Origin: a virus
Taxonomy: Duplodnaviria; Heunggongvirae; Uroviricota; Caudoviricetes
Strand: one strand, 5' to 3'
Length of the DNA stretch: 64,000 bases
Virus record (IMG/VR): IMGVR_UViG_2513237251_000004
Shown here: positions 39,506 through 49,265 of the stretch, in pieces
How the letters are laid out: each line of letters begins with the position of its first letter
Position numbering within the stretch: position 1 is the stretch's first letter
Notes under the pieces: model-generated
Databases searched by the model: none
Seen by the model: only the letters and a program-made list of their open reading frames with translations
Told to the model about the DNA's origin: nothing
Translations under genes and position numbers: made by a program

Positions 39506-41439
39506 GTGTTGTTGTTTCGGGGACGCTGAAATCTCCTGATGGTGAGGCGATATCAGGAGCAAATATTACCCTGACGGCGCTGACAGTTTCACCGGATGCG
39601 CTCAGCGGCACCAGTGCGTCGGCAGTGACCCGTGAAGGTGGATATTACGGAATGACGATGGATCCGGGGGAGTATGCGGTTTCGGTGACGGTGAAAGGGA
39701 AGACTGCTGTCTACGGACGTGTGCGTATTGAGGGGACCGAAAGTACGGTGACGCTCAATATGCTGTTACGCCGCAGTCTTGTTGAGGTTAGCATACCCGG
39801 AGAACTGCTGACAGATTTCCGGCAGATACAGAATAATGTGGCTGATGACCTTGCCACTATTCGTCGCCTGAATGAAGACACGGCGACAAAAAACACTCAG
39901 GCCACACAGTCAAAAGAAAGTGCAGCAGCCAGTGCGAAGAGTGCATCTGACAGTGCAAAGACGGCAACCAGCAGGGCGGCTGAAGCCGGACAAAAAGCGA
40001 CTGATGCCACTGAGGCTGCGACCCGTGCAGTCACAGCAGCGGGGAATGCAGAGGAAAGCTCGACCCGTGCCGGAGAGTCTGAAAAAGCCGCCGGAGCTGA
40101 TGCAGAAAAAGCCAGACAGCATGCTGAAAAGGCCAGGCTGGCGCAGGAGAGCGCCGGAGAGATCCTTAAGCGGGCAGAGGCTGCCACTGTCAGTGCTGAA
40201 GAGGCCAGACGTATGGCTGAGAATGCACGGGGGCCCCGGGGGCCTCAGGGAGAAACTGGTCCGAAGGGGGATGTCGGTCCTAAAGGCGAAACAGGTCCAG
40301 TGGGCCCTCAAGGGCCCGCAGGGCCGAAAGGTGAGCGTGGTGACGTTGGTGCTCAGGGGGCTGTAGGGCCTGCTGGTCCGCGTGGTGAGAAGGGCGAACA
40401 GGGGGAGCGAGGACCGCAGGGAATACCAGGCCTGAAGGGGGATACCGGAGAGCGGGGGCCTAAAGGGGACCAGGGGGATATGGGGCCAAAAGGCGAGAAA
40501 GGTGATCCGGGAGGTCCTGCAGGCCCGCAAGGTCCTAAAGGCGAACGAGGAGAAGCCGGACCACAGGGACCGATGGGAGCACGAGGTGAGCGTGGGGAGA
40601 CTGGCCCCCGAGGTGAACCTGGTCCTGCAGGTCCGAGAGGCGAACGAGGAGAGACCGGACCTCAGGGACCTCGTGGAGAGCCAGGTCCGGCAGGCAGCGC
40701 TGCAAATGTGGCTGATGCAACGACGGCACAGAAGGGAATTGTGCAGTTAAGCAGCGCAACGGACAGTGATGATGAAACGAAGGCTGCCACCCCGAAAGCG
40801 GTGAAAGCGGCAATGGATGTGGCAAATGAAGCGAAAACAAAGGCAGAAGAGGCTGCAGCAGGAGGTGGTGTTCCCGGTCCGAAAGGAGATAAAGGGGACA
40901 CGGGGCCAGCAGGTCCGGCTGGGCCGAAGGGTGATAAGGGAGAGCGCGGTGACACCGGCCCTGTCGGGGCAACCGGCGAACGGGGACCGGCAGGTGATGC
41001 TGGTCCGGCAGGCCCGCAGGGGCCGAAAGGTGACAGGGGAGAGCGGGGAGAGACCGGTCTGACGGGAAATGCAGGTCCACAGGGTCCAAAGGGAGATACC
41101 GGTGCGGCAGGCCCGGCAGGCCCACAGGGACCGAAAGGAGAAACAGGTGCGGCAGGCCCGGTGGGGGCGACCGGACCTCAGGGGCCGAAGGGCGACCCGG
41201 GGGAGACGCAAATACGGTTCCGTCTGGGGCCGGGAAACATTATTGAGACAAACAGCCATGGCTGGTTCCCGGATACAGATGGCGCACTCATCACCGGACT
41301 GACCTTTCTTGACCCCAAAGATGCCACACGGGTTCAGGGTTTTTTTCAGCATTTGCAGGTCAGGTTTGGTGACGGGCCGTGGCAGGATGTCAAGGGGCTG
41401 GATGAAGTGGGCAGTGATACAGGCAGAACAGGAGAATGA
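39502..41439 (+). CDS. Tail fibre protein with collagen-like Gly-X-Y repeats
   Basis: Two long uninterrupted G-X-Y tracts ([23 protein letters not shown]...). Confidence 0.65.
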   Translation: MSVVVSGTLKSPDGEAISGANITLTALTVSPDALSGTSASAVTREGGYYGMTMDPGEYAVSVTVKGKTAVYGRVRIEGTESTVTLNMLLRRSLVEVSIPGELLTDFRQIQNNVADDLATIRRLNEDTATKNTQATQSKESAAASAKSASDSAKTATSRAAEAGQKATDATEAATRAVTAAGNAEESSTRAGESEKAAGADAEKARQHAEKARLAQESAGEILKRAEAATVSAEEARRMAENARGPRGPQGETGPKGDVGPKGETGPVGPQGPAGPKGERGDVGAQGAVGPAGPRGEKGEQGERGPQGIPGLKGDTGERGPKGDQGDMGPKGEKGDPGGPAGPQGPKGERGEAGPQGPMGARGERGETGPRGEPGPAGPRGERGETGPQGPRGEPGPAGSAANVADATTAQKGIVQLSSATDSDDETKAATPKAVKAAMDVANEAKTKAEEAAAGGGVPGPKGDKGDTGPAGPAGPKGDKGERGDTGPVGATGERGPAGDAGPAGPQGPKGDRGERGETGLTGNAGPQGPKGDTGAAGPAGPQGPKGETGAAGPVGATGPQGPKGDPGETQIRFRLGPGNIIETNSHGWFPDTDGALITGLTFLDPKDATRVQGFFQHLQVRFGDGPWQDVKGLDEVGSDTGRTGE

Positions 41440-41440
41440 C

Positions 41441-41710
41441 ATGAATATTTTGAGAAAGCTTATGCAGAGTCTGTGCGGTTGCGGAAAGCATGATGACTGT
41501 GAAAACGGGCAGTCGCTTACAGCACAACTGCGACTGGGACCGGCAGACATTCTGGAGTCAGATGAGAATGGCATTATTCCGGAGCAGGACAGGGTAATCA
41601 CACAGGTGGTGATACTGGATGCAGATAAAAAGCAGATACAGTGTGTGGTAAGACCGCTGCAAATCCTGCGTGCTGACGGGACGTGGGAAAATATTGGCGG
41701 GATGAAATAG
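41441..41710 (+). CDS. Small hypothetical protein
   Basis: ATG at 41441 with AGGAG RBS; overlaps previous stop. Confidence 0.35.
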   Translation: MNILRKLMQSLCGCGKHDDCENGQSLTAQLRLGPADILESDENGIIPEQDRVITQVVILDADKKQIQCVVRPLQILRADGTWENIGGMK

Positions 41711-41728
41711 CCGACAGCTTCACAAAAA

Positions 41729-41751
41729 CCGGAGCCCGGCTCCGGTTTTTG
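41729..41751 (+). terminator. Rho-independent terminator
   Basis: CCGGAGCCCGGCTCCGG plus TTTTT. Confidence 0.5.
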
Positions 41752-41795
41752 TTGTCATGTATAGGGGGGGGTTATTAGAGAGTGAAGTAATAAAC

Positions 41796-42038
41796 ATGTT
41801 AATACGATGGAGTGAAGGATGCCGTGTAATTCTGGTTCAAGAGTTTTTTATGCCGGAAAATCGCAGGATTATTCTGGATAGTAAAGAATCCTGGTTAATA
41901 ATCTGTGATAGTCAGTTGGGCCATTTAATGCGCAGTATGTATCAGGGACGCCGTTTTATTCAGCTGAATCTGGAAAAATTGAAAGGGGTACATGATGTCG
42001 CCTTGCCAGTGAAATGGGAATTCACACGAAGACAGTGA
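41796..42038 (+). CDS. AT-rich hypothetical gene inserted between tail genes (start uncertain)
   Basis: ORF in a visibly AT-rich segment bounded by terminator-like hairpins. Confidence 0.35.
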   Translation: MLIRWSEGCRVILVQEFFMPENRRIILDSKESWLIICDSQLGHLMRSMYQGRRFIQLNLEKLKGVHDVALPVKWEFTRRQ

Positions 42039-42254
42039 ATAGCTTTCTGTATACGGGAATGGCGAAAAATGGACTGTATGGTGTGAGTGTGAAACATCTT
42101 GCGTGTGCGGAGTGATGCTTCTCGTTGCTACAGCGGCAATGATAATGCAGTGAAAAAAGGGGAGCAATATGCTCCCCCAAACCGAAAGAAAATTGCAATA
42201 ATCAATGAAGTTATTTAGTCATCATCAGAATGTCATGCAAGGCATTTTGTTTCA

Positions 42255-43958
42255 GTGATGCCGATCGCGATTTTAGCGAATTCCATCATAAATCCCCTGA
42301 TTTTTAAGCCTGAAGCAGTCAAAGGAATTTCTATGCCCTATATCGATATCACCACGATGCGTGGGATGATGCCGCGCGTTGTGACATCCATGCTGCCCGA
42401 GCATTCCGCTGTACTGGCGGAGGACTGCCATTTCCGGTTTGGTGTTATTACACCAGAACGTCAGATATCCGGGGTTGAGAAAACATTCACAATTAAGCCA
42501 AAAACAATTTTTCATTACCGTGACGATTTCTGGTTTGCATGGCCGGATGTGGTGGATGTGATCCGCAGTCCGATCGCTCAGGACCCCCACGGGCGTATTT
42601 ACTACACTGACGGGCGTTTTCCTAAAGTGACGGATGCGACTATTGCCACAAAAGGGGACGGGAATCACCCGACATCATCGTATCGTCTGGGGATCCCCGC
42701 GCCGACGACAGCTCCTGTCTGTACTGTTCAGCAGGGCGGTGATGTTTCTGACGATAACCCGAATGATGATGAAACCCGGTTTTATACGGAAACCTTTGTC
42801 TCAGATTATGGTGAAGAAGGTCCGCCAGGTCCGGCGTCTCTGGAGGTAACACTCCGTACTCCGGGAACTGCGGTACAACTGACGCTGGCTCCGGTGCCAT
42901 TGCAGAATGCCAGTATTAAACGTCGCCGGATTTATCGCTCTGCATCAGGTGGAGGGGAGGCGGATTTTTTACTTGTGGCTGAACTGGATGCATCCGTGCT
43001 CAGTTACACGGACAAAATACCGGCGAAAAACCTTGGGCCTTCCCTGGCGACATGGGATTACCTGCCGCCGCCAGAGAATATGACAGGCCTTTGCCTGATG
43101 GCTAACGGTATTGCCGCCGGGTTTGCCGGTAATGAAGTGATGTTTTCGGAAGCGTATCTGCCGTATGCATGGCCGGAAGTGAATCGTCACACGACGGCAG
43201 AAGATATTGTAGCTATCTGTCCGCTGGGAACGTCACTGGTGGTGGCGACAAAGGGGGAGCCTTATTTGTTCAGTGGGGTATCACCGTCCACAATTTCTGG
43301 TTCCAAAATCCCTTCAATGCAGGCGTGTCTGAGCAGGCGGAGTATGGTTGCGATGGAGGGTTTTGTGCTGTATGCAGGAACAAATGGCCTGGTGTCTGTT
43401 GATGCAAACGGTAATGTCGCGCTGGCGACGGAACAGATTGTTTCACCGGAACAGTGGCAGAGTCAGTTTAATCCGGCCTCCATTGTGGCTTATCCCTGGC
43501 GTGGTGAATACATTGCCTGTTACACGAAACCGGATGGTAAGCAGGATGTGTTTGTATTCAGTCCGGTGAACATGGATATCCGTTATCTCAGTACACCGTT
43601 TGACTGCGCATGGGTTGATCTCGCGAAAGATATGATGCGCGTGGTGACAGGAGACAAAATGTCAGTGCTTGCCGGGGGGGCTCTGCCCTCCACGATAAGG
43701 TGGCATTCAAAAATTTTTTCATTACCTGAAAGAACCTCTTTTTCCTGTATCAGGGTGAAATCTCCGGCGCCTGAGCGGGTGGGGATCACCATTATGGCTG
43801 ATGATGTTCCTGTGATTCATTTTGCGCCGGGTACGTTTAAGGGAAGTGTGGTGAGACTTCCGGCAGCAACCGGGCAAAACTGGCAGGTGATGGTATCCGG
43901 ATTCGGGCAGGTGGAACGAATAACCCTGAGTACATCAATGTCGGAGATGCCGGTATGA
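42255..43958 (+). CDS. Tail/virion structural protein
   Basis: 567-aa ORF in the tail module; start may be internal. Confidence 0.45.
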   Translation: MMPIAILANSIINPLIFKPEAVKGISMPYIDITTMRGMMPRVVTSMLPEHSAVLAEDCHFRFGVITPERQISGVEKTFTIKPKTIFHYRDDFWFAWPDVVDVIRSPIAQDPHGRIYYTDGRFPKVTDATIATKGDGNHPTSSYRLGIPAPTTAPVCTVQQGGDVSDDNPNDDETRFYTETFVSDYGEEGPPGPASLEVTLRTPGTAVQLTLAPVPLQNASIKRRRIYRSASGGGEADFLLVAELDASVLSYTDKIPAKNLGPSLATWDYLPPPENMTGLCLMANGIAAGFAGNEVMFSEAYLPYAWPEVNRHTTAEDIVAICPLGTSLVVATKGEPYLFSGVSPSTISGSKIPSMQACLSRRSMVAMEGFVLYAGTNGLVSVDANGNVALATEQIVSPEQWQSQFNPASIVAYPWRGEYIACYTKPDGKQDVFVFSPVNMDIRYLSTPFDCAWVDLAKDMMRVVTGDKMSVLAGGALPSTIRWHSKIFSLPERTSFSCIRVKSPAPERVGITIMADDVPVIHFAPGTFKGSVVRLPAATGQNWQVMVSGFGQVERITLSTSMSEMPV

Positions 43959-45223
43959 CCAGAAAACCGTGGCGTGCGGGGAAGGATTTATCCACTGTTG
44001 TGGAGAATATGGAAATTGGCACCGGGCAGCGTGGTGACGGACGTCACGCATTTGTGACCCGTGAGGAACTGGTTGGTCTTAAACTCGCCCGGCGTCGAAC
44101 ATCGGGTGGTGCCTCATATGCACTGAATCCGGGTATTGAGATTGACAGTACTTTAATGACTGTTGATTTTCCCACAAAACCGCTGAATTTTAAGGCGACC
44201 GGTGGATTTGGCTCGGTTCTTCTTGAATGGGATATGCCTAATTATCGCGGACATTCACTGACTGAAATCTGGCGGGGTACGGAGGATGACCTTGCTGATG
44301 CAGTGCTGGTTGCCACGACGCCGGGGCAGGTTTACGGCGATCCGGTTGACCCTGGCTGGTCGGGATTTTACTGGATACGTTTTGTTAACGCGGCAGGAGT
44401 GAAAGGTCCATGGAATGCTGAAAAAGGCACTCAGGCACAAACACAGATCGGCGTGAAGGCCATCATTGACCAGATCCGCGATGAGGCTGCAAAGTCGCCG
44501 GTTGTGTCCGAGCTGCGTAAAGAAATAAAAAACGCGCAGGGGCAGGCTGTAAAGGATGCTGCAATTAAGACAACCGAAGTTGTAGGGACTCTCAGGGAAG
44601 AAACGACAAGAACGATTGGTGGTATTGAAACCCGCATTAGCACACTGGATTCGTCAACCAGTGAATCGCTTAATGAGGTCGACAAGCGCATCACTAAATT
44701 GGATAAAGAAGGCGGTGAAGCTTTTCTTGCAATGTGGTCAAAAAAAGCGGGAGTTGATGGTATCACTGCGGGGATCGGGATTGTCGCCGGAAAAGACAGT
44801 GAAGGCAGGCCTGTAAGTCAGGTTGCAATTTCTGCGTCGCAGTTGTTTGTCTTTGACCCGAATAATCCGGATAACACAGCCTATCCGTTTGCGGTATCAG
44901 GTGGCAAGGTAGTGATCCCGAAAGCGATGATTTATGACGCGGTGATTGAAACACTGGTGTCGCGGAAGGTTGTGGCGGATGAGGTAAAAGCCGGGGTAAG
45001 TATCACTTCGCCAGTTATCCGGAGTGCCGTTATTCAGAACGGAAACTTTCAGGTTGATTCTCAGGGTAACCTGAATATTGGAGGCCTTTTCAGTGTTACG
45101 TCACAAGGGCAACTGACAATTCGTTACTCTAATCAGAATGTAGGACTGGTGATCCGCAATGATAAAATTGAGGTTTATGACCAGAATGGACGACTGGCTG
45201 TTCGCATAGGCAGATTACGCTGA
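43955..45223 (+). CDS. Tail/virion structural protein
   Basis: 422-aa ORF overlapping the previous stop. Confidence 0.45.
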   Translation: MTRKPWRAGKDLSTVVENMEIGTGQRGDGRHAFVTREELVGLKLARRRTSGGASYALNPGIEIDSTLMTVDFPTKPLNFKATGGFGSVLLEWDMPNYRGHSLTEIWRGTEDDLADAVLVATTPGQVYGDPVDPGWSGFYWIRFVNAAGVKGPWNAEKGTQAQTQIGVKAIIDQIRDEAAKSPVVSELRKEIKNAQGQAVKDAAIKTTEVVGTLREETTRTIGGIETRISTLDSSTSESLNEVDKRITKLDKEGGEAFLAMWSKKAGVDGITAGIGIVAGKDSEGRPVSQVAISASQLFVFDPNNPDNTAYPFAVSGGKVVIPKAMIYDAVIETLVSRKVVADEVKAGVSITSPVIRSAVIQNGNFQVDSQGNLNIGGLFSVTSQGQLTIRYSNQNVGLVIRNDKIEVYDQNGRLAVRIGRLR

Positions 45224-45237
45224 TCAGGAGGTGAGTA

Positions 45238-45516
45238 TTGGAATACGGTTTTGCCATTTATAACAGAAATAACGTTAATGTTACGGGCGTGCTGACTCCA
45301 GTATTTTTCCTGGACAGATTTACAGCGGAGTCTGGCTCAAAGACGTACACTAATAAACCCGACGGGAAATCATTGCAGGCTGTATGTTGTTTATTTCCCT
45401 GGAATAATGTATTTGCGGATCGGAAAGTACCGAAGATAACCATTAATGACAATACGGTGACGTGGTCGAATCTTGAGCAGGGTATGGGATCTTATATTTA
45501 TACATTCTGGGGATAA
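45238..45516 (+). CDS. Hypothetical protein sharing YG-x-x-[IM]-YN motif with the next ORF
   Basis: MEYGFAIYNRNNV... Confidence 0.4.
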   Translation: MEYGFAIYNRNNVNVTGVLTPVFFLDRFTAESGSKTYTNKPDGKSLQAVCCLFPWNNVFADRKVPKITINDNTVTWSNLEQGMGSYIYTFWG

Positions 45517-45521
45517 GTGTT

Positions 45522-46139
45522 ATGTACGGTTTGAGCATTATGAAGCCGGATGGCAGCGTATGGATAAGTCCAGGTTTTACGCCGCAGTGTCTGATCAACA
45601 AAGGCACCATACCGGCGACTGAAAAGTCTTTTTTTAAAACATCAATCCCGTCAGGCAAAAGTTGTTTTTTCTTTATCAGAACAGAGAAGAAGGCCGATGT
45701 CATGTACACGCATGAACAGATTGATGGATATCATGCACTAAGGCTTCATGTAATTGTCAGGGGAACGAACCCTGGTGTTACGACGGTTTATGCTTTCGCG
45801 AATATGGTTACTCCACCTTCTGAGTATGGTATCGCCATGTATAACCCGGACGGTGAGATGATTTATCATGGCGAAATGATGCTGCTTGACGCGAAGTTAA
45901 TACCTGTTGATATCAAATTTGAAAAGGACCTTGGATATCCATGCGCAATCATGCCTGCACTGGTCGGGTATTATAACTGGAAAAGAACTCCTTATGATCG
46001 ACCGATTTATACCACATCCACTGGTGCTACAGGAAATAAAATATATTCCTGTGAGCATTATTCCGGTGGTGCAACATGGGATATTCGAAAGCCGTATATA
46101 GATAAGGTCCTGGTTATTAATACATCAGTATATGATTAG
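45522..46139 (+). CDS. Hypothetical protein with two copies of the YG-x-x-[IM]-x-[NK]PDG motif
   Basis: MYGLSIMKPDGSVW... and ...EYGIAMYNPDGEMIY... Confidence 0.4.
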   Translation: MYGLSIMKPDGSVWISPGFTPQCLINKGTIPATEKSFFKTSIPSGKSCFFFIRTEKKADVMYTHEQIDGYHALRLHVIVRGTNPGVTTVYAFANMVTPPSEYGIAMYNPDGEMIYHGEMMLLDAKLIPVDIKFEKDLGYPCAIMPALVGYYNWKRTPYDRPIYTTSTGATGNKIYSCEHYSGGATWDIRKPYIDKVLVINTSVYD

Positions 46140-46229
46140 TTGAAGCGAGTCTTTAATATTCATTTAAAATGTCTAAAAAGATGTATTATTAAAAAGTTTA
46201 GCGTGTTATCTGAATACAGGATATCTTAA

Positions 46230-46964
46230 ATGAAGAGTATAGCAACACTGGTTGTGTGTGCAATCTCCGGGATTGCCTGTGTAAATTTATCTGCACATGC
46301 AGCAGAAGGAGAGCATACAATTTCTCTGGGGTATGCGCACTTTCAGTTTCCGGGACTGAAGGATTTTGTAAAGGATGCGACTGCTCATAACAGGGAGACT
46401 TTCAGTCATTTCGTCAACAGAAACTACTTTTCTTCATTGGGCGAATATACAGATGGTCGGGTCAGTGGATATGAAGGCAAGGATAAAAATCCACAGGGCA
46501 TTAATATCAGGTATCGCTACGAGATAACGGATGATTTTGGCGTTATCACCTCTTTTACATGGACGCGTTCTCTCACTAACTCACAGACATTTATTGATGT
46601 GCAGTCAGCCGATCATACCAGGAAGATTAAGAATCCGGCAGCTTCTGCCAGAACGGATATCAGGGCGAATTACTGGAGTCTGTTAGCGGGGCCTTCATGG
46701 CGGGTTAATCAGTACATGAGTTTATATGCGATGGCAGGGATGGGCGTTGCTAAAGTTAGCGCTGACCTGAAAATTAAGGACAATATTAACAGTAGTGGCG
46801 GATTTTCTGAAAGCAACAGCACGAAAAAAACCTCCCTTGCGTGGGCTGCAGGTGCACAGTTTAACCTGAATGAGAGTGTTACACTGGATGTGGCTTACGA
46901 AGGTTCCGGCTCTGGCGACTGGCGCACGAGTGGCGTTACTGCTGGCATTGGCCTGAAATTCTGA
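46230..46964 (+). CDS. lom: Ail/Lom-family outer-membrane beta-barrel protein
   Basis: Signal peptide, alternating beta-strand pattern, C-terminal ...GIGLKF. Confidence 0.7.
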   Translation: MKSIATLVVCAISGIACVNLSAHAAEGEHTISLGYAHFQFPGLKDFVKDATAHNRETFSHFVNRNYFSSLGEYTDGRVSGYEGKDKNPQGINIRYRYEITDDFGVITSFTWTRSLTNSQTFIDVQSADHTRKIKNPAASARTDIRANYWSLLAGPSWRVNQYMSLYAMAGMGVAKVSADLKIKDNINSSGGFSESNSTKKTSLAWAAGAQFNLNESVTLDVAYEGSGSGDWRTSGVTAGIGLKF

Positions 46965-46988
46965 CCTGTATCCGGTAACCGTTTACTA

Positions 46989-47012
46989 CCCGCTGTGATG
47001 GCGGGTTTTTTA
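46989..47012 (+). terminator. Rho-independent terminator after lom
   Basis: CCCGCTGTGATGGCGGG plus TTTTTTATT. Confidence 0.6.
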
Positions 47013-47196
47013 TTGCCCGTACAGGGCAAAAACCGTAAATTATGCGTGGGTGCCTTTCGGCTGATGGCTGGAGGGTGAACCTGAAGGCCTGATGTGGAAA
47101 GGCCCCGAGTCAACTTAACGTTAACCCGAGGCCCTAACACTTCGTACCTTAAGCAAGTAGAAGGTTAGCGCCTCTCTGTAAAAGGAGTCAAGCGCT

Positions 47197-47337
47197 ATGT
47201 CGCAAAAATCGCTTATCACCGTCACAATTTGCATGACGGTTATCTTCACCATCTGGATGTTGCACGGTTCACTGTGTGAGTTCCGGCTGAATTTGTGGGG
47301 AGCGGAGTTTGCGGCGTTCTTACAGTGTAAGCAGTAG
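47197..47337 (+). CDS. Hok/Gef-like type I toxin candidate (46 aa), absent from ORF track
   Basis: AAGGAG RBS 8 nt upstream; MSQKSLITVTICMTVIFTIWMLHGSLCEFRLNLWGAEFAAFLQCKQ: TM helix then SLCE[FI]R ... E[FV]AAF as in Hok. Confidence 0.45.
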   Translation: MSQKSLITVTICMTVIFTIWMLHGSLCEFRLNLWGAEFAAFLQCKQ

Positions 47338-47417
47338 GAAAACCGCGACGGGGACGAGAGTCCCCGTCAACTGGTTGCTGAGGTTCAGCCGATATGGCAC
47401 CCGTTTCAGGTGAGAGA

Positions 47418-47795
47418 ATGAACGATAAAATTCTCTGGTATATGCAGCGTGTTGTGAGAAATTCCCGCAACCCTGAATTTATGAATGAAGTTAAAGACGC
47501 CTGCCTTAAAAAGCAGGCGTTTTGTTTTGAGGCACCTGATGGCTTTTTGGTGCTGCGTTCTGTGCTCAGTGCTGATGGTATCCCTTATGTTCTGGTGTTG
47601 CTGGGCGTGTGTACGGGGAGTAACAGCGTTGAGCGTTACCTGCCGGAGGTGAAGACATTAACCCATCTGGCTGGCGGACGCTGGGCTGAGTTCCATACGG
47701 CAAGGCGGGGATTTATCCGGCTGGGAAAACGACTGGGCTTTGAGCGAATGCCGGATGATGAGGATGGCTTCATGGTGTTCAGGATAGCGGTCTGA
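47418..47795 (+). CDS. Hypothetical protein
   Basis: ORF from internal ATG at 47418. Confidence 0.35.
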   Translation: MNDKILWYMQRVVRNSRNPEFMNEVKDACLKKQAFCFEAPDGFLVLRSVLSADGIPYVLVLLGVCTGSNSVERYLPEVKTLTHLAGGRWAEFHTARRGFIRLGKRLGFERMPDDEDGFMVFRIAV

Positions 47796-47888
47796 CTGCT
47801 ACAGTTTTCATCATTGTGTTTAAACCAACATTGTAATTCACATTCTGACCCTGCTCCGGCAGGGTTTTTTGTTATCCAGGGGGCCATT

Positions 47889-48545
47889 ATGGGTGGAAGT
47901 AAAGGCGGTGGTGATACCAAAGTAAAACCAACAGCAGCGCAAATAGCACAGGAAGAAGTGGCCTGGAAAGGGTGGCAGGATTACAAAAATATCCTCCGCC
48001 CGGCTGAAGATAACTTCATGGAAAAGGTCGATGACCTGAACAGTGAGCAGCAGTACGACAATATTGCTGGCACCACAAATCTGGGGTATCAGAAACAGTT
48101 TGGCGAAGCACGGAAGGAGCTTGCGGGTAATCTTGCTCAGTCCGGCGTTGACCCATCCAGTGGTCGTTTTAATGCGGTAATGAATGCGAACCAGAGTGAC
48201 CAGGTAACCGGGCAGATTGACACAACCACACGGGGGCAGGTATCGCAGGCAGATAAGTATGTTGCCGGGCTACAGGATGTTGCTGCTCTCGGTTCTGGTC
48301 AGAAGGCGGATGCGTTACAGAGTTTTAACTCTCTGGCAGACAGCAGTCTGGCAAAAGCTAAATCGGATGCACAGGCGGCGTTTACGAAACAGCAGGGGCG
48401 AGCCTCTCTTGTTGGCGCTGGTCTGGGTGCGGCAGGTGCATATGCGATGCATAAGGCTGGCGGTAGCGGAGGAAGTGGCGGTGCTAAAACACCTGGCACC
48501 GGCGCTAATGCCATTCAGCATCAGGCTCAGAACTGGAGACTGTAA
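47889..48545 (+). CDS. Gly-rich internal virion protein
   Basis: ATG at 47889 with AGGGGG RBS. Confidence 0.45.
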   Translation: MGGSKGGGDTKVKPTAAQIAQEEVAWKGWQDYKNILRPAEDNFMEKVDDLNSEQQYDNIAGTTNLGYQKQFGEARKELAGNLAQSGVDPSSGRFNAVMNANQSDQVTGQIDTTTRGQVSQADKYVAGLQDVAALGSGQKADALQSFNSLADSSLAKAKSDAQAAFTKQQGRASLVGAGLGAAGAYAMHKAGGSGGSGGAKTPGTGANAIQHQAQNWRL

Positions 48546-48547
48546 TT

Positions 48548-48994
48548 ATGGAGTATGGCAAATACGAAACTCTCGCAAGGGCTGGTTATTCAGGAGCAGA
48601 CCGCCCACAGGGTGACTGGCAGACGTCAGCAGCGCTGACACGCCAACAATACGACGACTGGCGAACCAGATATTTGCCCCGCGTGGCAAGGCTGGCTGAC
48701 CTTGGGGAGAACAACAGTCTGATGAATGCACAGCTTGCACGGGTGGGAGGCCTTGCCACTTCCAGTCTCCGTACAGCGCAGATGGCGCAGGATAACCAGA
48801 TGGCGAGATACGGGGTAAACCGCCCGGATAATCCCGACAGTAATACGCTGGGGTTACGTAATGCCCTGGCAATTGCTGGCGCGAAAAATGGTATCCGTGA
48901 AGCCGAACAGGATCGCCAGATGAATATTCTGACGGGGGCTTCTGCACCGGCAAGACAGAAACTGAGTGTTGGCGGCCAACTGGTGGCAGCGTAA
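48548..48994 (+). CDS. Internal virion protein
   Basis: ORF packed against neighbours. Confidence 0.45.
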   Translation: MEYGKYETLARAGYSGADRPQGDWQTSAALTRQQYDDWRTRYLPRVARLADLGENNSLMNAQLARVGGLATSSLRTAQMAQDNQMARYGVNRPDNPDSNTLGLRNALAIAGAKNGIREAEQDRQMNILTGASAPARQKLSVGGQLVAA

Positions 48995-49003
48995 GGGGGC
49001 AAT

Positions 49004-49255
49004 ATGGGATACGGTTTACTGGATATTGCAAATCAGTCGCGGCGTGAGGCATTACAGGGAATAAGTGACGCAGACAGACGACGTGAAGAAATTGAGGCTG
49101 CGAACAAACAGATGGCGGCGCAACAGAAAGCGCAGAACAAGCAGAATATCGGTACGGGCATTGGTACGGGGGCGGCTATTGGCGCATCCGTTGGTGGTCC
49201 TGTTGGTGCTGTTGCTGGAGCAGTAATTGGCGGCATTGCTGGTTCTTTGTTTTAA
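49004..49255 (+). CDS. Small virion protein with Gly/Ala-rich hydrophobic C-terminus
   Basis: ...GTGIGTGAAIGASVGGPVGAVAGAVIGGIAGSLF. Confidence 0.4.
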   Translation: MGYGLLDIANQSRREALQGISDADRRREEIEAANKQMAAQQKAQNKQNIGTGIGTGAAIGASVGGPVGAVAGAVIGGIAGSLF

Positions 49256-49265
49256 GGAGTGGTGA

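Noticed and set aside
39897-41601. Long antisense ORFs (39897-40187, 39910-40530, 40535-41125, 40747-41601 minus strand) in the ORF track
   Set aside because: They overlap the collagen-like Gly-X-Y coding repeats, where GC-rich periodic sequence keeps reverse frames open by chance
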